Counted from the first letter of the stretch, positions 17,708 through 26,479 are shown. The stretch is 64,000 bases of DNA from Parcubacteria group bacterium (GCA_013204395.1 JABMNZ010000026.1:13421-77420); one strand, 5' to 3'. Made by a program: numbers and translations. The notes: generated by a model not told the origin, from the letters alone.

Positions 17708-19156
17708 TCACGTGGGGAAGTAGAGTCCACGGATCTTGGCAGCGAGGTTGGTCTCTGGGAAGAACCCGAGGGTCGCCGCGTGGGTGCGCGAGAGGCGCAT
17801 GGAGACGCGGATCACGTCCTCCATGCGGACACGACCGTTGAGCAGGAGCTGCATCGGTCGCTTGCGGGTCGTCTCGATGTCGACGGTGACTTCGTCCTCT
17901 GCGCTCAAGCGGGCGAAGTTCCATCGTTGACCGCGGTAGGTGGTTCCTGCGCCTACGAGGATCATCTCTGGGGTACCGGCCGTCAGGGGCATGCCACCGT
18001 GAGAGCGAGCCCATCCTGTGGAACCCGCTGCTGTGGCGAGCATGAGGCCGTCGCCGGAGAGGCGATCGAAGACGAGGTTTCCGTTGAGGTACACCCGCAT
18101 GGCTCCGCTCTGTACGGATGTGCCATTGCTGACGGCGCGGATGAAAGCCTCGTTGAAGGCGAGCTCCTTGATCTGCCGACCATTGGAGTCTATAGCCGAG
18201 ACTTCCAGCAGCGGTTGCTGGTACAGGTGCACCACTCCGCGTTTCAGACGCGCTTCCAGCTCCGTAATGGTTCCGCCGTTGAGAAGGAAACCTACGGTGC
18301 CAGCGTTGAGTCCGATGGACGGGCGAGGGTCACCAGGGTTTTCTTGGACACAGTCCAGAAAGTATCCATCCCCACCGATGACGATCTTGTGGGTGAGGAG
18401 ACGATCGCTCAGGCCGTTCACTCGGTCCATCATGAGGCCAAGGGCTGTTTCCCGATCGCTGCGTTCAGGATCTGTGCTGCAAGCCACCATGACTTGCGCT
18501 CGGCCCTTCAGCGTGGCGCGGACCGGACCCAGGGCGACGCGGCTGGTGTACAGGCCGTACATGCACATGTAGGCCGCGACGCCCGGAGAGACGAGGTGCT
18601 CGAACTCTTCGTATAGGGCCGCGTTCTCGCGAATCGCCCTGCTGGAAGCTCCACGTGAGAGCCAGTTGTCGAGGAGCTCAGAGTTCGGTGGAAGATCCGC
18701 TTTGTCGAAGTGGACACCTGCTCGTGGAATCACGAGGAACTTGGCGTGGGCCCAGAGCCTCTGACCTTGGTGCCAGTTCTTCTGGATCTCACTTTCCTGG
18801 TCAGCGCCACCAACGATGAGATCACCACCGACCACCAGCCAGACATCATGCCCCTGACTCGTGAGTCGATCGAGTACACAAGCGGACCGTTCGTACTCGT
18901 CACGCTCAAGATCGCTGAGATCCAGGGTGATGCGCGAGTCGCGAGCCTCAAAGGCGATGCGGCACAGGTTGGCGCGATGCAAAGGACTGACGTCCTGTGT
19001 GCTTTCCTTGTCCGGTCGACCTCCACAAGGGATGATCAACAGACGGTCAGCTGAAGTCATGTGGTCCAGAATGATGTCCGCGATGCTCTCGTGATGACGT
19101 CCCGGGGGGTTGAAACTCCCTCCCAAGAAGAATGTACGTCCTTCGGGTTTCTTCAT
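17708..19156 (-). CDS. fusion protein: nicotinate/nicotinamide mononucleotide adenylyltransferase (N-term) + NAD kinase (C-term)
   Basis: N-term GGSFNPPGRHH (H/TxGH) and SSRAIRE (SxTxxR) nucleotidyltransferase motifs; C-term GGDGYFL, NEAFI, DGLMLATAAGSTGWARSHGG NAD-kinase motifs; GGAGGAG RBS before ATG 19156. Confidence 0.7.
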   Translation of the reverse strand: MKKPEGRTFFLGGSFNPPGRHHESIADIILDHMTSADRLLIIPCGGRPDKESTQDVSPLHRANLCRIAFEARDSRITLDLSDLERDEYERSACVLDRLTSQGHDVWLVVGGDLIVGGADQESEIQKNWHQGQRLWAHAKFLVIPRAGVHFDKADLPPNSELLDNWLSRGASSRAIRENAALYEEFEHLVSPGVAAYMCMYGLYTSRVALGPVRATLKGRAQVMVACSTDPERSDRETALGLMMDRVNGLSDRLLTHKIVIGGDGYFLDCVQENPGDPRPSIGLNAGTVGFLLNGGTITELEARLKRGVVHLYQQPLLEVSAIDSNGRQIKELAFNEAFIRAVSNGTSVQSGAMRVYLNGNLVFDRLSGDGLMLATAAGSTGWARSHGGMPLTAGTPEMILVGAGTTYRGQRWNFARLSAEDEVTVDIETTRKRPMQLLLNGRVRMEDVIRVSMRLSRTHAATLGFFPETNLAAKIRGLYFPT

Positions 19157-19208
19157 GATCTCCTCCAAGGGAATGAGTGAGTCTCCATGAACGATTGCTC
19201 CTGGAGTA

Positions 19209-19241
19209 AAATCTGGTCTCAAGCGATTTGAGCTCAGGTTT
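19209..19241. repeat. 33-bp imperfect palindrome, copy 2 (upstream of nadD::nadK)
   Basis: AAATCTGGTCTC-aagcgattt-GAGCTCAGGTTT. Confidence 0.7.
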
Positions 19242-19308
19242 AGAAAAGGGGAGGGTGTCGAGGGGTGCTCGACGACCCGTCCCCGAGATTGTGTGGGTGT
19301 GTTCGTGC

Positions 19309-20130
19309 TCAGCCCACGACGAACTGGCTGGTGTGGGAGAACTTGACGCCGGCGGCCTGCAGCCTAGCGAAGATGGCCAGACGATCTTCCTGAGAGATGA
19401 ACGCCAGGAAGCCGATGGAGTCCATGACCATGTACACCTCGATGCCGAAGCGCGAGAGGTTCAGAGCGGTCAGCATGATGCAGACTTCCAGGGCGTTGCC
19501 ACCGAGGAAGACCCGGCGAACCATCTGGGGTCGCGCGGCGATGCACTCCATCACACCGACCGGGTTGCCCACCGCATCCCAGATTCCGCTGTGGGAGTAG
19601 TGGAGGGGGTGCGTTCCCTTGTAGAAGATGTTGGAGAACAGTCTCGGGAAGATCGGGGTGATGAAGAGGGTCTCGAAGGTACCGATCAAGGCATGCTGCG
19701 CCCAGATGACCTGATCGCTTCCGGTGAACATCCGCGTCAGGCGCGCGTGATGGAGTAGGCTTCCCAAGGAGAACTGCGCGTAGGGCTGCAGGATGTGTTG
19801 CTCACCGATGCGCATCCAGCCTTGGATCAACTCCTCGGTGAGGAGGGTGTGGTTGGGGATGACGCCCGCCACTTCGGTGTAGGCATCGTGACCGTGAGCA
19901 CTGCCTGGGACATGCGCGTCGCACACGGCCAGGCAGTTCTCGCGTTCCATGAGGGTCATGACGTTGAGGCTGTTCAAGGCTGCCTCGAGAGACCCTTCCA
20001 CTGGCAGGGTGCCATCGAGACCAAAGGCGCCCGTGTCGTCGACACTCAGCCAGATGTCCTGGCCGGGGGTGATGTCTACTGGTCCTTTGACCAAGAGATG
20101 GTCTGGGGTAACGGAAAGGGCGGTGGGCAT
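19309..20130 (-). CDS. pncA: nicotinamidase/isochorismatase-family hydrolase
   Basis: N-term …WLSVDDTGAFGLDGTLPV… (D of triad) and …VFLGGNALEVCIMLTALN… catalytic Cys motif; AGGAG RBS. Confidence 0.7.
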   Translation of the reverse strand: MPTALSVTPDHLLVKGPVDITPGQDIWLSVDDTGAFGLDGTLPVEGSLEAALNSLNVMTLMERENCLAVCDAHVPGSAHGHDAYTEVAGVIPNHTLLTEELIQGWMRIGEQHILQPYAQFSLGSLLHHARLTRMFTGSDQVIWAQHALIGTFETLFITPIFPRLFSNIFYKGTHPLHYSHSGIWDAVGNPVGVMECIAARPQMVRRVFLGGNALEVCIMLTALNLSRFGIEVYMVMDSIGFLAFISQEDRLAIFARLQAAGVKFSHTSQFVVG

Positions 20131-20228
20131 TCAAGACTCCTGGGTGAAAGTACTTGCGGCGGTCGCAAGCGTAATCACACTATTTTTAGTGAAATTACGT
20201 CTGTGGCCACATCTCTCAACAAGGCGAG

Positions 20229-20257
20229 AGAATAGTTAATTTTGACGGTTTTGTCAA
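20229..20257 (-). promoter_or_regulatory. sigma70 promoter TTGACA-N17-TATTCT on minus strand, ~95 nt upstream of pncA
   Basis: Perfect -35, 17-nt spacer. Confidence 0.55.
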
Positions 20258-20530
20258 TGATTTATGGATGGATATGAAATGAATTTTTTTACGTGTAAAC
20301 CTCCGTGGGTACGACACATGCACGTAATTGCTATGAGTTAAGTTTTTATCATTTTGTCGGGAGCGCGCTCGGGTCTAGGCTCAAAAGGTCTAAACCCGAG
20401 CCGCTCTCTCTTTCCAGCATCGTACGCTGGGGTGCGGGGAGAGAGGGTCATCCCGCACCTTAGGGTATGATGATGTAGATACTACACTAAGTCTTGGTAG
20501 TGTTTAGGCGGGGAATGATCCCCGCCTATT

Positions 20531-21226
20531 TTATACAACTTGTACGTAGACAAGTTTTCTTTCTTTGAATCGATAGAGGGCTGCTGGCCTATGGGCTTGG
20601 CCGGATCGTTTATGACCGGTGGCCTGGATCAGGTGGAGTTCATTAATTCGTTTTCTGAAGTTTCTTTTATCAAGATCTTGATCCATGACGATCTCGTATA
20701 CACGTTGGAGCTCTGTGAGAGTGAATTCTTTTGCAAGCAGACTCCAGGCGATGTTGGTGTATTGGATTTTTGTTTTTACGCGCTCCAATGTGGTCTGCAC
20801 GATCGTCTTGTGATCGTAAGCCAGGGGAGGGAGCTTGCTCACAGGCCACCACTTAACGTCCAGGTATTTTTCACTGGTCTTTAGTGAGGCATGTTCATCT
20901 GGAACAAGAGCGACATGGGCAATAGAAATGACTCGTCCTGCTGGGTCGCGGTCTGGTTCATCAAACGTCATAAGTTGCTCAAGGTATACCTGAGTGAGTC
21001 CGGTCGATTCTTTCAAGATTCTGCTCGCAGCCTGTTCGCTGGTCTCTTCTTCTTCAAGAAGCCCACCAGGTAATGCCCATTGCCCCTCAAACGGTTGCTT
21101 CTTCATTTGAATGAGCAAGACATGAAGTTCATCATCTTGAATAGAAAGAATGCACGTATCAACCGCGGCTTTAATATTCTGTGGTGATGAGTGATGCTTA
21201 ATCATATTGGTGTGTATTGTACACAA
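20531..21226 (-). CDS. nrtR: NrtR-type regulator: Nudix (ADP-ribose-binding) domain + C-terminal winged-helix
   Basis: Nudix box GQWALPGGLLEEEETSEQAASRILKESTG; C-terminal FTLTELQRVYEIVMDQDLDKRNFRKRINEL… resembles NrtR wHTH; low GC. Confidence 0.6.
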   Translation of the reverse strand: MCTIHTNMIKHHSSPQNIKAAVDTCILSIQDDELHVLLIQMKKQPFEGQWALPGGLLEEEETSEQAASRILKESTGLTQVYLEQLMTFDEPDRDPAGRVISIAHVALVPDEHASLKTSEKYLDVKWWPVSKLPPLAYDHKTIVQTTLERVKTKIQYTNIAWSLLAKEFTLTELQRVYEIVMDQDLDKRNFRKRINELHLIQATGHKRSGQAHRPAALYRFKERKLVYVQVV

Positions 21227-21273
21227 ACTATGGTGGATGTCAAGTCAAAAGAAAGACGCTATACTTTTGAGGT

Positions 21274-22254
21274 ATGAAATTGGAAAGGATTAGCTCTATT
21301 TCTTGGGAAGAGATCTGGCGGCGATGGCGCGCAGACGAAGAAGAAGTCTGGCGAGATCACTATCAAGAAAAGGGACATGATAATTGGGAGAGCTGGCGCG
21401 GTGCGTCCGTGAATAAACATCATCCTGAAACCTGGTCATGGACTTTGTATGCGGCTGATGAGTTTCTCGTCGATGTGCCCGACATGTTTGTGGGGACATT
21501 CCCCGGGTGGAGAACATTTTTTTCAGATCGGGAGCATTCTCGGTTTAAGGACATAGCCGTCTATCCAGGCTTTCTTGGTGGTCAGACTCATGAGAAGATC
21601 GAGTCTATTTTAGAAGACTTCCCGAGAGACATTCAACTCGTGGGAGTAAGATTCGGTGAGGAGATAATGATTCTTGAGTGTACCCACAGATCGACGGCCA
21701 TAGCGGTGGCTGTTAGTGAAGGGAGGGAACTAGAGGCAAAAGTGACCATTGCTTTAACAGAACTTACGCAGAAGCAGTGGAACCAATATTGCAGAAAGTT
21801 TATGTGCATTTCATCCCCCGTGTTTAATCACCAGTCGCTCATTCCATCGCTCTACACCTGTGACGGTGACAATGTAAGTCCACCGCTGGTGTTTAAAGAC
21901 GTCCCGGAGGGTGCGGTTTCATTGGCTCTAATTATCGAAGATCCAGATATACCCGCCTATATCAGAGAGGATGGCATGTGGAACCATTGGGTGGTTTGGA
22001 ACATTTCTCCAGACAGATTGGGAATTGAAGAAGCAGAGGAATCCCCTGGGGTTGTGGGTCTTTCAACACGTGAGGTGAACAAGTATGGTGGGCCCTGCCC
22101 TCCAGATCGAGAACATAGATACTTTTTCTATCTGTATGCCTTGGACTCGATGCTTGAGTTACCTGTAGCTTCTACAAAAGAAGACTTGCTTGGTGCCATG
22201 GAGGGGCATGTGATCGAGCGGGCGGAATTAATGGGTCGCTACGAGCGAAAATAA
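21274..22254 (+). CDS. two-domain protein with C-terminal YbhB/YbcL (PEBP) family domain
   Basis: …LALIIEDPDIPA…WNHWVVWNI…GPCPPDREHRYFFYLYALD… PEBP signature. Confidence 0.6.
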   Translation: MKLERISSISWEEIWRRWRADEEEVWRDHYQEKGHDNWESWRGASVNKHHPETWSWTLYAADEFLVDVPDMFVGTFPGWRTFFSDREHSRFKDIAVYPGFLGGQTHEKIESILEDFPRDIQLVGVRFGEEIMILECTHRSTAIAVAVSEGRELEAKVTIALTELTQKQWNQYCRKFMCISSPVFNHQSLIPSLYTCDGDNVSPPLVFKDVPEGAVSLALIIEDPDIPAYIREDGMWNHWVVWNISPDRLGIEEAEESPGVVGLSTREVNKYGGPCPPDREHRYFFYLYALDSMLELPVASTKEDLLGAMEGHVIERAELMGRYERK

Positions 22255-22255
22255 T

Positions 22256-22996
22256 ATGCATCTAAAAAGATCTTTGTTCGCAAACGAAATAATCGCGGAG
22301 TTTCTCCCGCCGGTCAGACCATCAAATCGTGTGGTTATTTTGTGTGATGGTCTGCCATCTGTTCCTGGAAAGGCACAGGTGGTGCGATGGTTCTCAAAAA
22401 AAGGTTACTGGTGTTTCAACTTGAGATATCGCGGGACTTGGGAGAGCCTTGGAAATTTTCTCGATCACGATCCCACACAAGACGTGCTGGACCTGATCGA
22501 TTCTTTACCAGGGGGGTTCAGAACTATTTGGAGTGAGGAAGATTTTCAAGTTGAGCCTGATTTTGTGGCCGTAGTGGGTGCAAGCTTTGGTGGGGCTGTT
22601 GCGCTGATGGCGTCGCTTGATGATCGAGTACAAAAAGTTGTGGCTCTGGCGCCTGTAATCGATTGGACTGATGAAAGTGAGGATGAGCCAATGGACTGGT
22701 TTGCGAATGTGATAAGGCAGGGATACGGGGGAGCTATAACATTTAGAGATGAGGATTGGGGTCGTCTTAGTCGCGGGGAATTTTTTCAACCGGCCGCACA
22801 CATAGATCAGCTTGATCCACACAAGCTCTTCATAGTCCATGCTCAGGATGATAGAGTGGTTCACATAGGTCCGACACTAGAATTGCTCAAACGAACCGGT
22901 TGTAAGGGTAAGGTGTTAAAGCGTGGTGGACATTTGTCCTCTAGGATTGTGACAAAATGGCCACTCAGTCGTCAGGTTCAAAAATTCCTTTCATAA
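22256..22996 (+). CDS. alpha/beta-hydrolase fold protein
   Basis: GASFGG nucleophile elbow; D/H later. Confidence 0.5.
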   Translation: MHLKRSLFANEIIAEFLPPVRPSNRVVILCDGLPSVPGKAQVVRWFSKKGYWCFNLRYRGTWESLGNFLDHDPTQDVLDLIDSLPGGFRTIWSEEDFQVEPDFVAVVGASFGGAVALMASLDDRVQKVVALAPVIDWTDESEDEPMDWFANVIRQGYGGAITFRDEDWGRLSRGEFFQPAAHIDQLDPHKLFIVHAQDDRVVHIGPTLELLKRTGCKGKVLKRGGHLSSRIVTKWPLSRQVQKFLS

Positions 22997-22997
22997 T

Positions 22998-23357
22998 ATG
23001 CGTGCACAATTTATCTATATCGCCGTTATCGTCATCACCACGTTTATTCCGTGGTTGATTACTCTTGCCGCGCTAGGTCCCGCCAGCTCACTGCCAAGGT
23101 TTCTTTTTCTGGCGGTGTACTATGCCATAAGCGTTCTGCTCTTCGGGGTGGCGTTTGCAAATTATTTTAAGGGTCACCAAAAAGAAAGTCCGTTTTCTGT
23201 CATGGGAGTAGCCATGCTAAGCATCTTCTTTTTCGAGATCGTCTATTTCAAATATCTTTATGTGGGTGACCTGTGGTTTCTCACCTATCTTGATTGGGTC
23301 GTGCCAGTGTTCCTCATATCCTCAACCATTTACTTCGTAGGAAAGGCCCTTAAGTGA
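22998..23357 (+). CDS. small 4-TM membrane protein (paralogue of 29087..29452)
   Basis: Shared C-terminal block E.V.F.YLY.G..WFL...DW.VPVFL...TIY.VG. Confidence 0.5.
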   Translation: MRAQFIYIAVIVITTFIPWLITLAALGPASSLPRFLFLAVYYAISVLLFGVAFANYFKGHQKESPFSVMGVAMLSIFFFEIVYFKYLYVGDLWFLTYLDWVVPVFLISSTIYFVGKALK

Positions 23358-23420
23358 GGCCTTTTCTGTTTGGAGTATCTCTGCTAACCTCTCTCGACAT
23401 GCTCAACGGGAGGTAGTGCT

Positions 23421-24281
23421 ATGTTCAAGAAGTTTCTGGGAATCATGACGGTCGTGATCTTTGCGATCGGAATGCTGATCGTGTCGATCCCCGAACTGCT
23501 CTGTCGCAGAATGCTGAATGCACTCAAACGTGCAGATGAAGACGTCCGAAGTCACACCGAACGTCGGTGGCAGGCTGTCTGGGCCAGACGGTACTGGTGG
23601 CTGATCAAGGCCATCATGGGCATGGAGATGACGCCGAAGTTTCTGGGTCCGCCCCAGACAACTGGTGGGCCGTACATTTACCTACTCAACCACCGATGTG
23701 TCCTGGATCACTTCCTTGGCCAAATGGTGATTGACGCTCAATTTGTTCACGACAGCTTTTGGGTGATCAAGGAAGCTATGGCGCGAGCTCCAGGAATGGG
23801 GCGATCCATGGCGACGGCCGGGTACGCGCTGGTCAAGCGTGGCGGTCAGGATCCTGAAGGGGACATTGAGCGCATCTGCGAGATGGCCAGGCGTGCCAAG
23901 CTCATCGGGGCGTCAGTGGTGATCTACGCAGAGGGAACGCGTTACGATTACCTGGAGCGGTCGCTCAGAGGACAGCGAAGCGACTTCGATCCCCATTTGG
24001 CCAACCCAAGGACAGCTGGCTTCAATGCCCTGTGTAGCGAGCTTCCAGATTACCGCGTGAAGGTGGTGTGTCTGGACTGGGCTGGCATGGAAGGGGGACG
24101 CACTCTCTGGGATGGCAGGGCCTTCGTTGGTCTTCATGGCAGTGTCCATGTCTGGGAAGAGGAGAATCCTGGAGCAGACGGCGCAGCCAACTTCCTACAC
24201 GCGATGTGGCAGCGCATGCACGACACCATGAGCGGCAAAGACGGACTGTCCTTGCGCGTGGTCAGCAACACAGGAGCCTGA
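23421..24281 (+). CDS. lysophospholipid (1-acyl-sn-glycerol-3-phosphate) acyltransferase family
   Basis: NHRCVLDH (HX4D) and YAEGTR (FPEGTR) motifs; GGGAGG RBS; high GC. Confidence 0.7.
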   Translation: MFKKFLGIMTVVIFAIGMLIVSIPELLCRRMLNALKRADEDVRSHTERRWQAVWARRYWWLIKAIMGMEMTPKFLGPPQTTGGPYIYLLNHRCVLDHFLGQMVIDAQFVHDSFWVIKEAMARAPGMGRSMATAGYALVKRGGQDPEGDIERICEMARRAKLIGASVVIYAEGTRYDYLERSLRGQRSDFDPHLANPRTAGFNALCSELPDYRVKVVCLDWAGMEGGRTLWDGRAFVGLHGSVHVWEEENPGADGAANFLHAMWQRMHDTMSGKDGLSLRVVSNTGA

Positions 24282-24321
24282 TCGGTTCCAACGCACTCGT
24301 CGAGTCATCGGCGGGTTTTTT

Positions 24322-24330
24322 TGTTACACT
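24322..24330 (+). promoter_or_regulatory. extended -10 TGtTACACT, 6 nt before ATG 24337 (leaderless-type)
   Basis: Directly follows T7 run ending high-GC gene. Confidence 0.35.
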
Positions 24331-24336
24331 GGATTC

Positions 24337-24669
24337 ATGAGAGTCTTTTACTATAATGACCAATGTCCTTACTGTCGGAGCTGGGCTCGGTGGTGTGAGG
24401 CTAGGGTGGGGGAGTTCGTTGCGTTTAAACCGCTTGGCCCAACGGATTCAAAAACATCGCCGAAGTATATCGACGACGCTGGAACGATTTTTTTGGGCTC
24501 GCGTGGCGTGTTTGAGATGTTGTCTTTTTCAAAGCGTTGGCGATGGCTCAAGACACTGTATCGATTTGTTCCTGGGTTTGCCCCTGTGAGCGAGTGGCTA
24601 TTTGCCTATCTGTCCAAGTGCCCGGTATGTGCCAGTAAATTTACACGTTTAATTTTAAGATCTAAATAA
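24337..24669 (+). CDS. DCC-family thiol-disulfide oxidoreductase (DUF393)
   Basis: VFYYNDQCPYC…. Confidence 0.6.
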   Translation: MRVFYYNDQCPYCRSWARWCEARVGEFVAFKPLGPTDSKTSPKYIDDAGTIFLGSRGVFEMLSFSKRWRWLKTLYRFVPGFAPVSEWLFAYLSKCPVCASKFTRLILRSK

Positions 24670-24674
24670 GACTT

Positions 24675-24878
24675 ATGTCACACGGTGATTATTATAAGGT
24701 AACAGGTTTAATCTTTCTTCTTGTGGCTGGGCTACACGGTACTCGAGCATGGCTTGGTTGGGAGCTCGTCTTAAACGGCTGGTTAATTCCCATCTGGGCA
24801 TCTTGGGCGGCCGTAGTTATCCTTGGGTTATTAGCGGCAAATGGTTTTTACCACACAGCCAAGCACAATATCGGTTAA
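24675..24878 (+). CDS. small membrane protein
   Basis: 67 aa, two hydrophobic helices. Confidence 0.35.
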   Translation: MSHGDYYKVTGLIFLLVAGLHGTRAWLGWELVLNGWLIPIWASWAAVVILGLLAANGFYHTAKHNIG

Positions 24879-25015
24879 AGATTATTCAGGAAAAATATCT
24901 AGCTTAAGCTGGGTATTTTTATTGAGATATACACATGGGAACTTTTTAAACCCTTAACAAGTTCATTTTTCTCGTCTATAGTTGCGTGGTTTTAAGATTA
25001 ACCACCCTTGTAGAT

Positions 25016-26407
25016 ATGATTATGGATCACGCAAAGATGTTGTGGCGCACAAAACGGTTTCATGTAATTTCTTTCTCCGCTTTGGTTGTGTTGGCTGCAA
25101 ATACCGTTACTGCTTCTGGAGGGGGAGGGGCTGTGGAGGGTCATGGGGCAAGTATTACGTTGCTTTGGATCGCCCTCATATTAATTGCGGCAAAACTTGC
25201 CTCACTTGTTGAGCGTTGGGGGCAGCCTGCGGTTCTTGGTGAGCTCGTCATGGGTGTGATTCTCGGAAACTTGTTCTTATTTGGTATCGACATTTTTGAA
25301 CCTATTAAGAGCGATGAGATCATTGCCTTTCTTTCAGAGCTCGGGGTGATTATTCTCCTGTTTCAAATTGGTCTTGAGTCCAATATCGCTGAGATGAAAA
25401 AGGTGGGTCTACGAGCCCTGCTTGTGGCTATCGTTGGGGTTGTGGTGCCGTTTGTCTTGGGAACATATGTTGTTGGACCATGGCTCATGCCGGGTCTAGA
25501 AGCAACCGCTTACCTGTTCTTGGGAGCCGCATTGACCGCAACGTCCGTTGGTATCACGGCTCGAGTGTTTAAGGATCTTGGAAAGTTGCAGACAAAAGAA
25601 GCTCAGATTGTTCTTGGTGCTGCCGTCTTTGATGATGTGTTTGGTTTGATCATCCTTGCTGTGGTGAGTGCGATTGCAACTGTTGGAGCGGTTTCAGCAG
25701 GGGTTGTGAGCTTGATTGTAGCTAAGGCCTTTTTGTTCCTCGTGTTATCCATTGTTCTCGGTCACCTTGGGGCACCTTATGTAGGAAAGGCATTTTCAAA
25801 AATTCATACAGGCGTAGGCATGAAGTTTACGTTGGCTGTGTCCATTTGTCTTATCTTTGCGTATGTCGCTGGCCTTATTGGCCTGGCACCTATTATTGGT
25901 GCTTTTGCCGCAGGACTTGTTCTTGATCCAGTCCACTTTAGGTACTTTAAGGCACCTAAGATGGTCCATGATATCCGTAAGCTTGCAAAAAAACATAATG
26001 GAAGTTTTAAGGATGACCTTGAAGAAATCCTTGAGCCTCACGCTCACAGACATATTGAGGATCTGATTGAGCCGCTTTCGTACTTTCTCGTTCCGATCTT
26101 CTTTGTGGTTACAGGTATGAAAGTGTCTATGGAGAGTTTGTTTAATACACAAATTCTTGGTGTCGCTTTAGGGATCACCCTGGTGGCGATTATTGGTAAG
26201 TATGTAGCTGGGTATGTAGCTGGTAACGTAAACAAGAGGATCGTAGGGATTGGCATGGTGCCACGTGGAGAGGTTGGACTCATCTTTGCTGCGATCGGTC
26301 AGAATTTAGGGGTGCTTTCAGATGACCTATTTTCTGTGATTGTGGTTATGGTTGTTATCACGACTCTATTGGCTCCACCGATGTTGGCAAAATTGTTACA
26401 GAAATAG
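25016..26407 (+). CDS. cation:proton antiporter (Na+/H+ exchanger family)
   Basis: ~12 TM, GELVMGVILGN…, …MVPRGEVGLIFA… motifs; start ambiguous (GTG 24986 / ATG 25016 / 25023). Confidence 0.7.
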   Translation: MIMDHAKMLWRTKRFHVISFSALVVLAANTVTASGGGGAVEGHGASITLLWIALILIAAKLASLVERWGQPAVLGELVMGVILGNLFLFGIDIFEPIKSDEIIAFLSELGVIILLFQIGLESNIAEMKKVGLRALLVAIVGVVVPFVLGTYVVGPWLMPGLEATAYLFLGAALTATSVGITARVFKDLGKLQTKEAQIVLGAAVFDDVFGLIILAVVSAIATVGAVSAGVVSLIVAKAFLFLVLSIVLGHLGAPYVGKAFSKIHTGVGMKFTLAVSICLIFAYVAGLIGLAPIIGAFAAGLVLDPVHFRYFKAPKMVHDIRKLAKKHNGSFKDDLEEILEPHAHRHIEDLIEPLSYFLVPIFFVVTGMKVSMESLFNTQILGVALGITLVAIIGKYVAGYVAGNVNKRIVGIGMVPRGEVGLIFAAIGQNLGVLSDDLFSVIVVMVVITTLLAPPMLAKLLQK

Positions 26408-26422
26408 TCCTAGAGAATAAAA

Positions 26423-26447
26423 CCGCCCGCGTTGGGCGGTTTTTTTG
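26423..26447 (+). terminator. rho-independent terminator
   Basis: ccgcccgcgttgggcgg + T8. Confidence 0.8.
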
Positions 26448-26450
26448 TAC

Positions 26451-26478
26451 AAAAAATCCCCACCGTCGTAGGTGGGGG
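26451..26478 (-). terminator. rho-independent terminator (minus)
   Basis: A6 then ccccaccgtcgtaggtgggg hairpin. Confidence 0.7.
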
Positions 26479-26479
26479 G

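Noticed and set aside
17780-18616. 278-aa and 184-aa plus-strand ORFs
   Set aside because: They are antisense to the nadD::nadK fusion gene with a GC-rich artefactual reading frame. The minus-strand gene has clear enzyme motifs.
17616-19241. Interpreting the 33-bp repeats as transposon terminal inverted repeats
   Set aside because: The copies are in direct, not inverted, orientation relative to each other. They bracket a biosynthetic gene, not a transposase. They sit at promoter-proximal positions of two operons, so an operator role is more parsimonious.
19228-20235. 176-aa and 146-aa plus-strand ORFs
   Set aside because: Antisense to pncA; low-complexity translation and no start context.
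24290-24316. Clean hairpin terminator immediately after the PlsC-like gene
   Set aside because: Only a T7 run is clear. The upstream sequence (cactcgtcgagtcatcggcggg) does not form a convincing perfect stem, so only a weak terminator is inferred.
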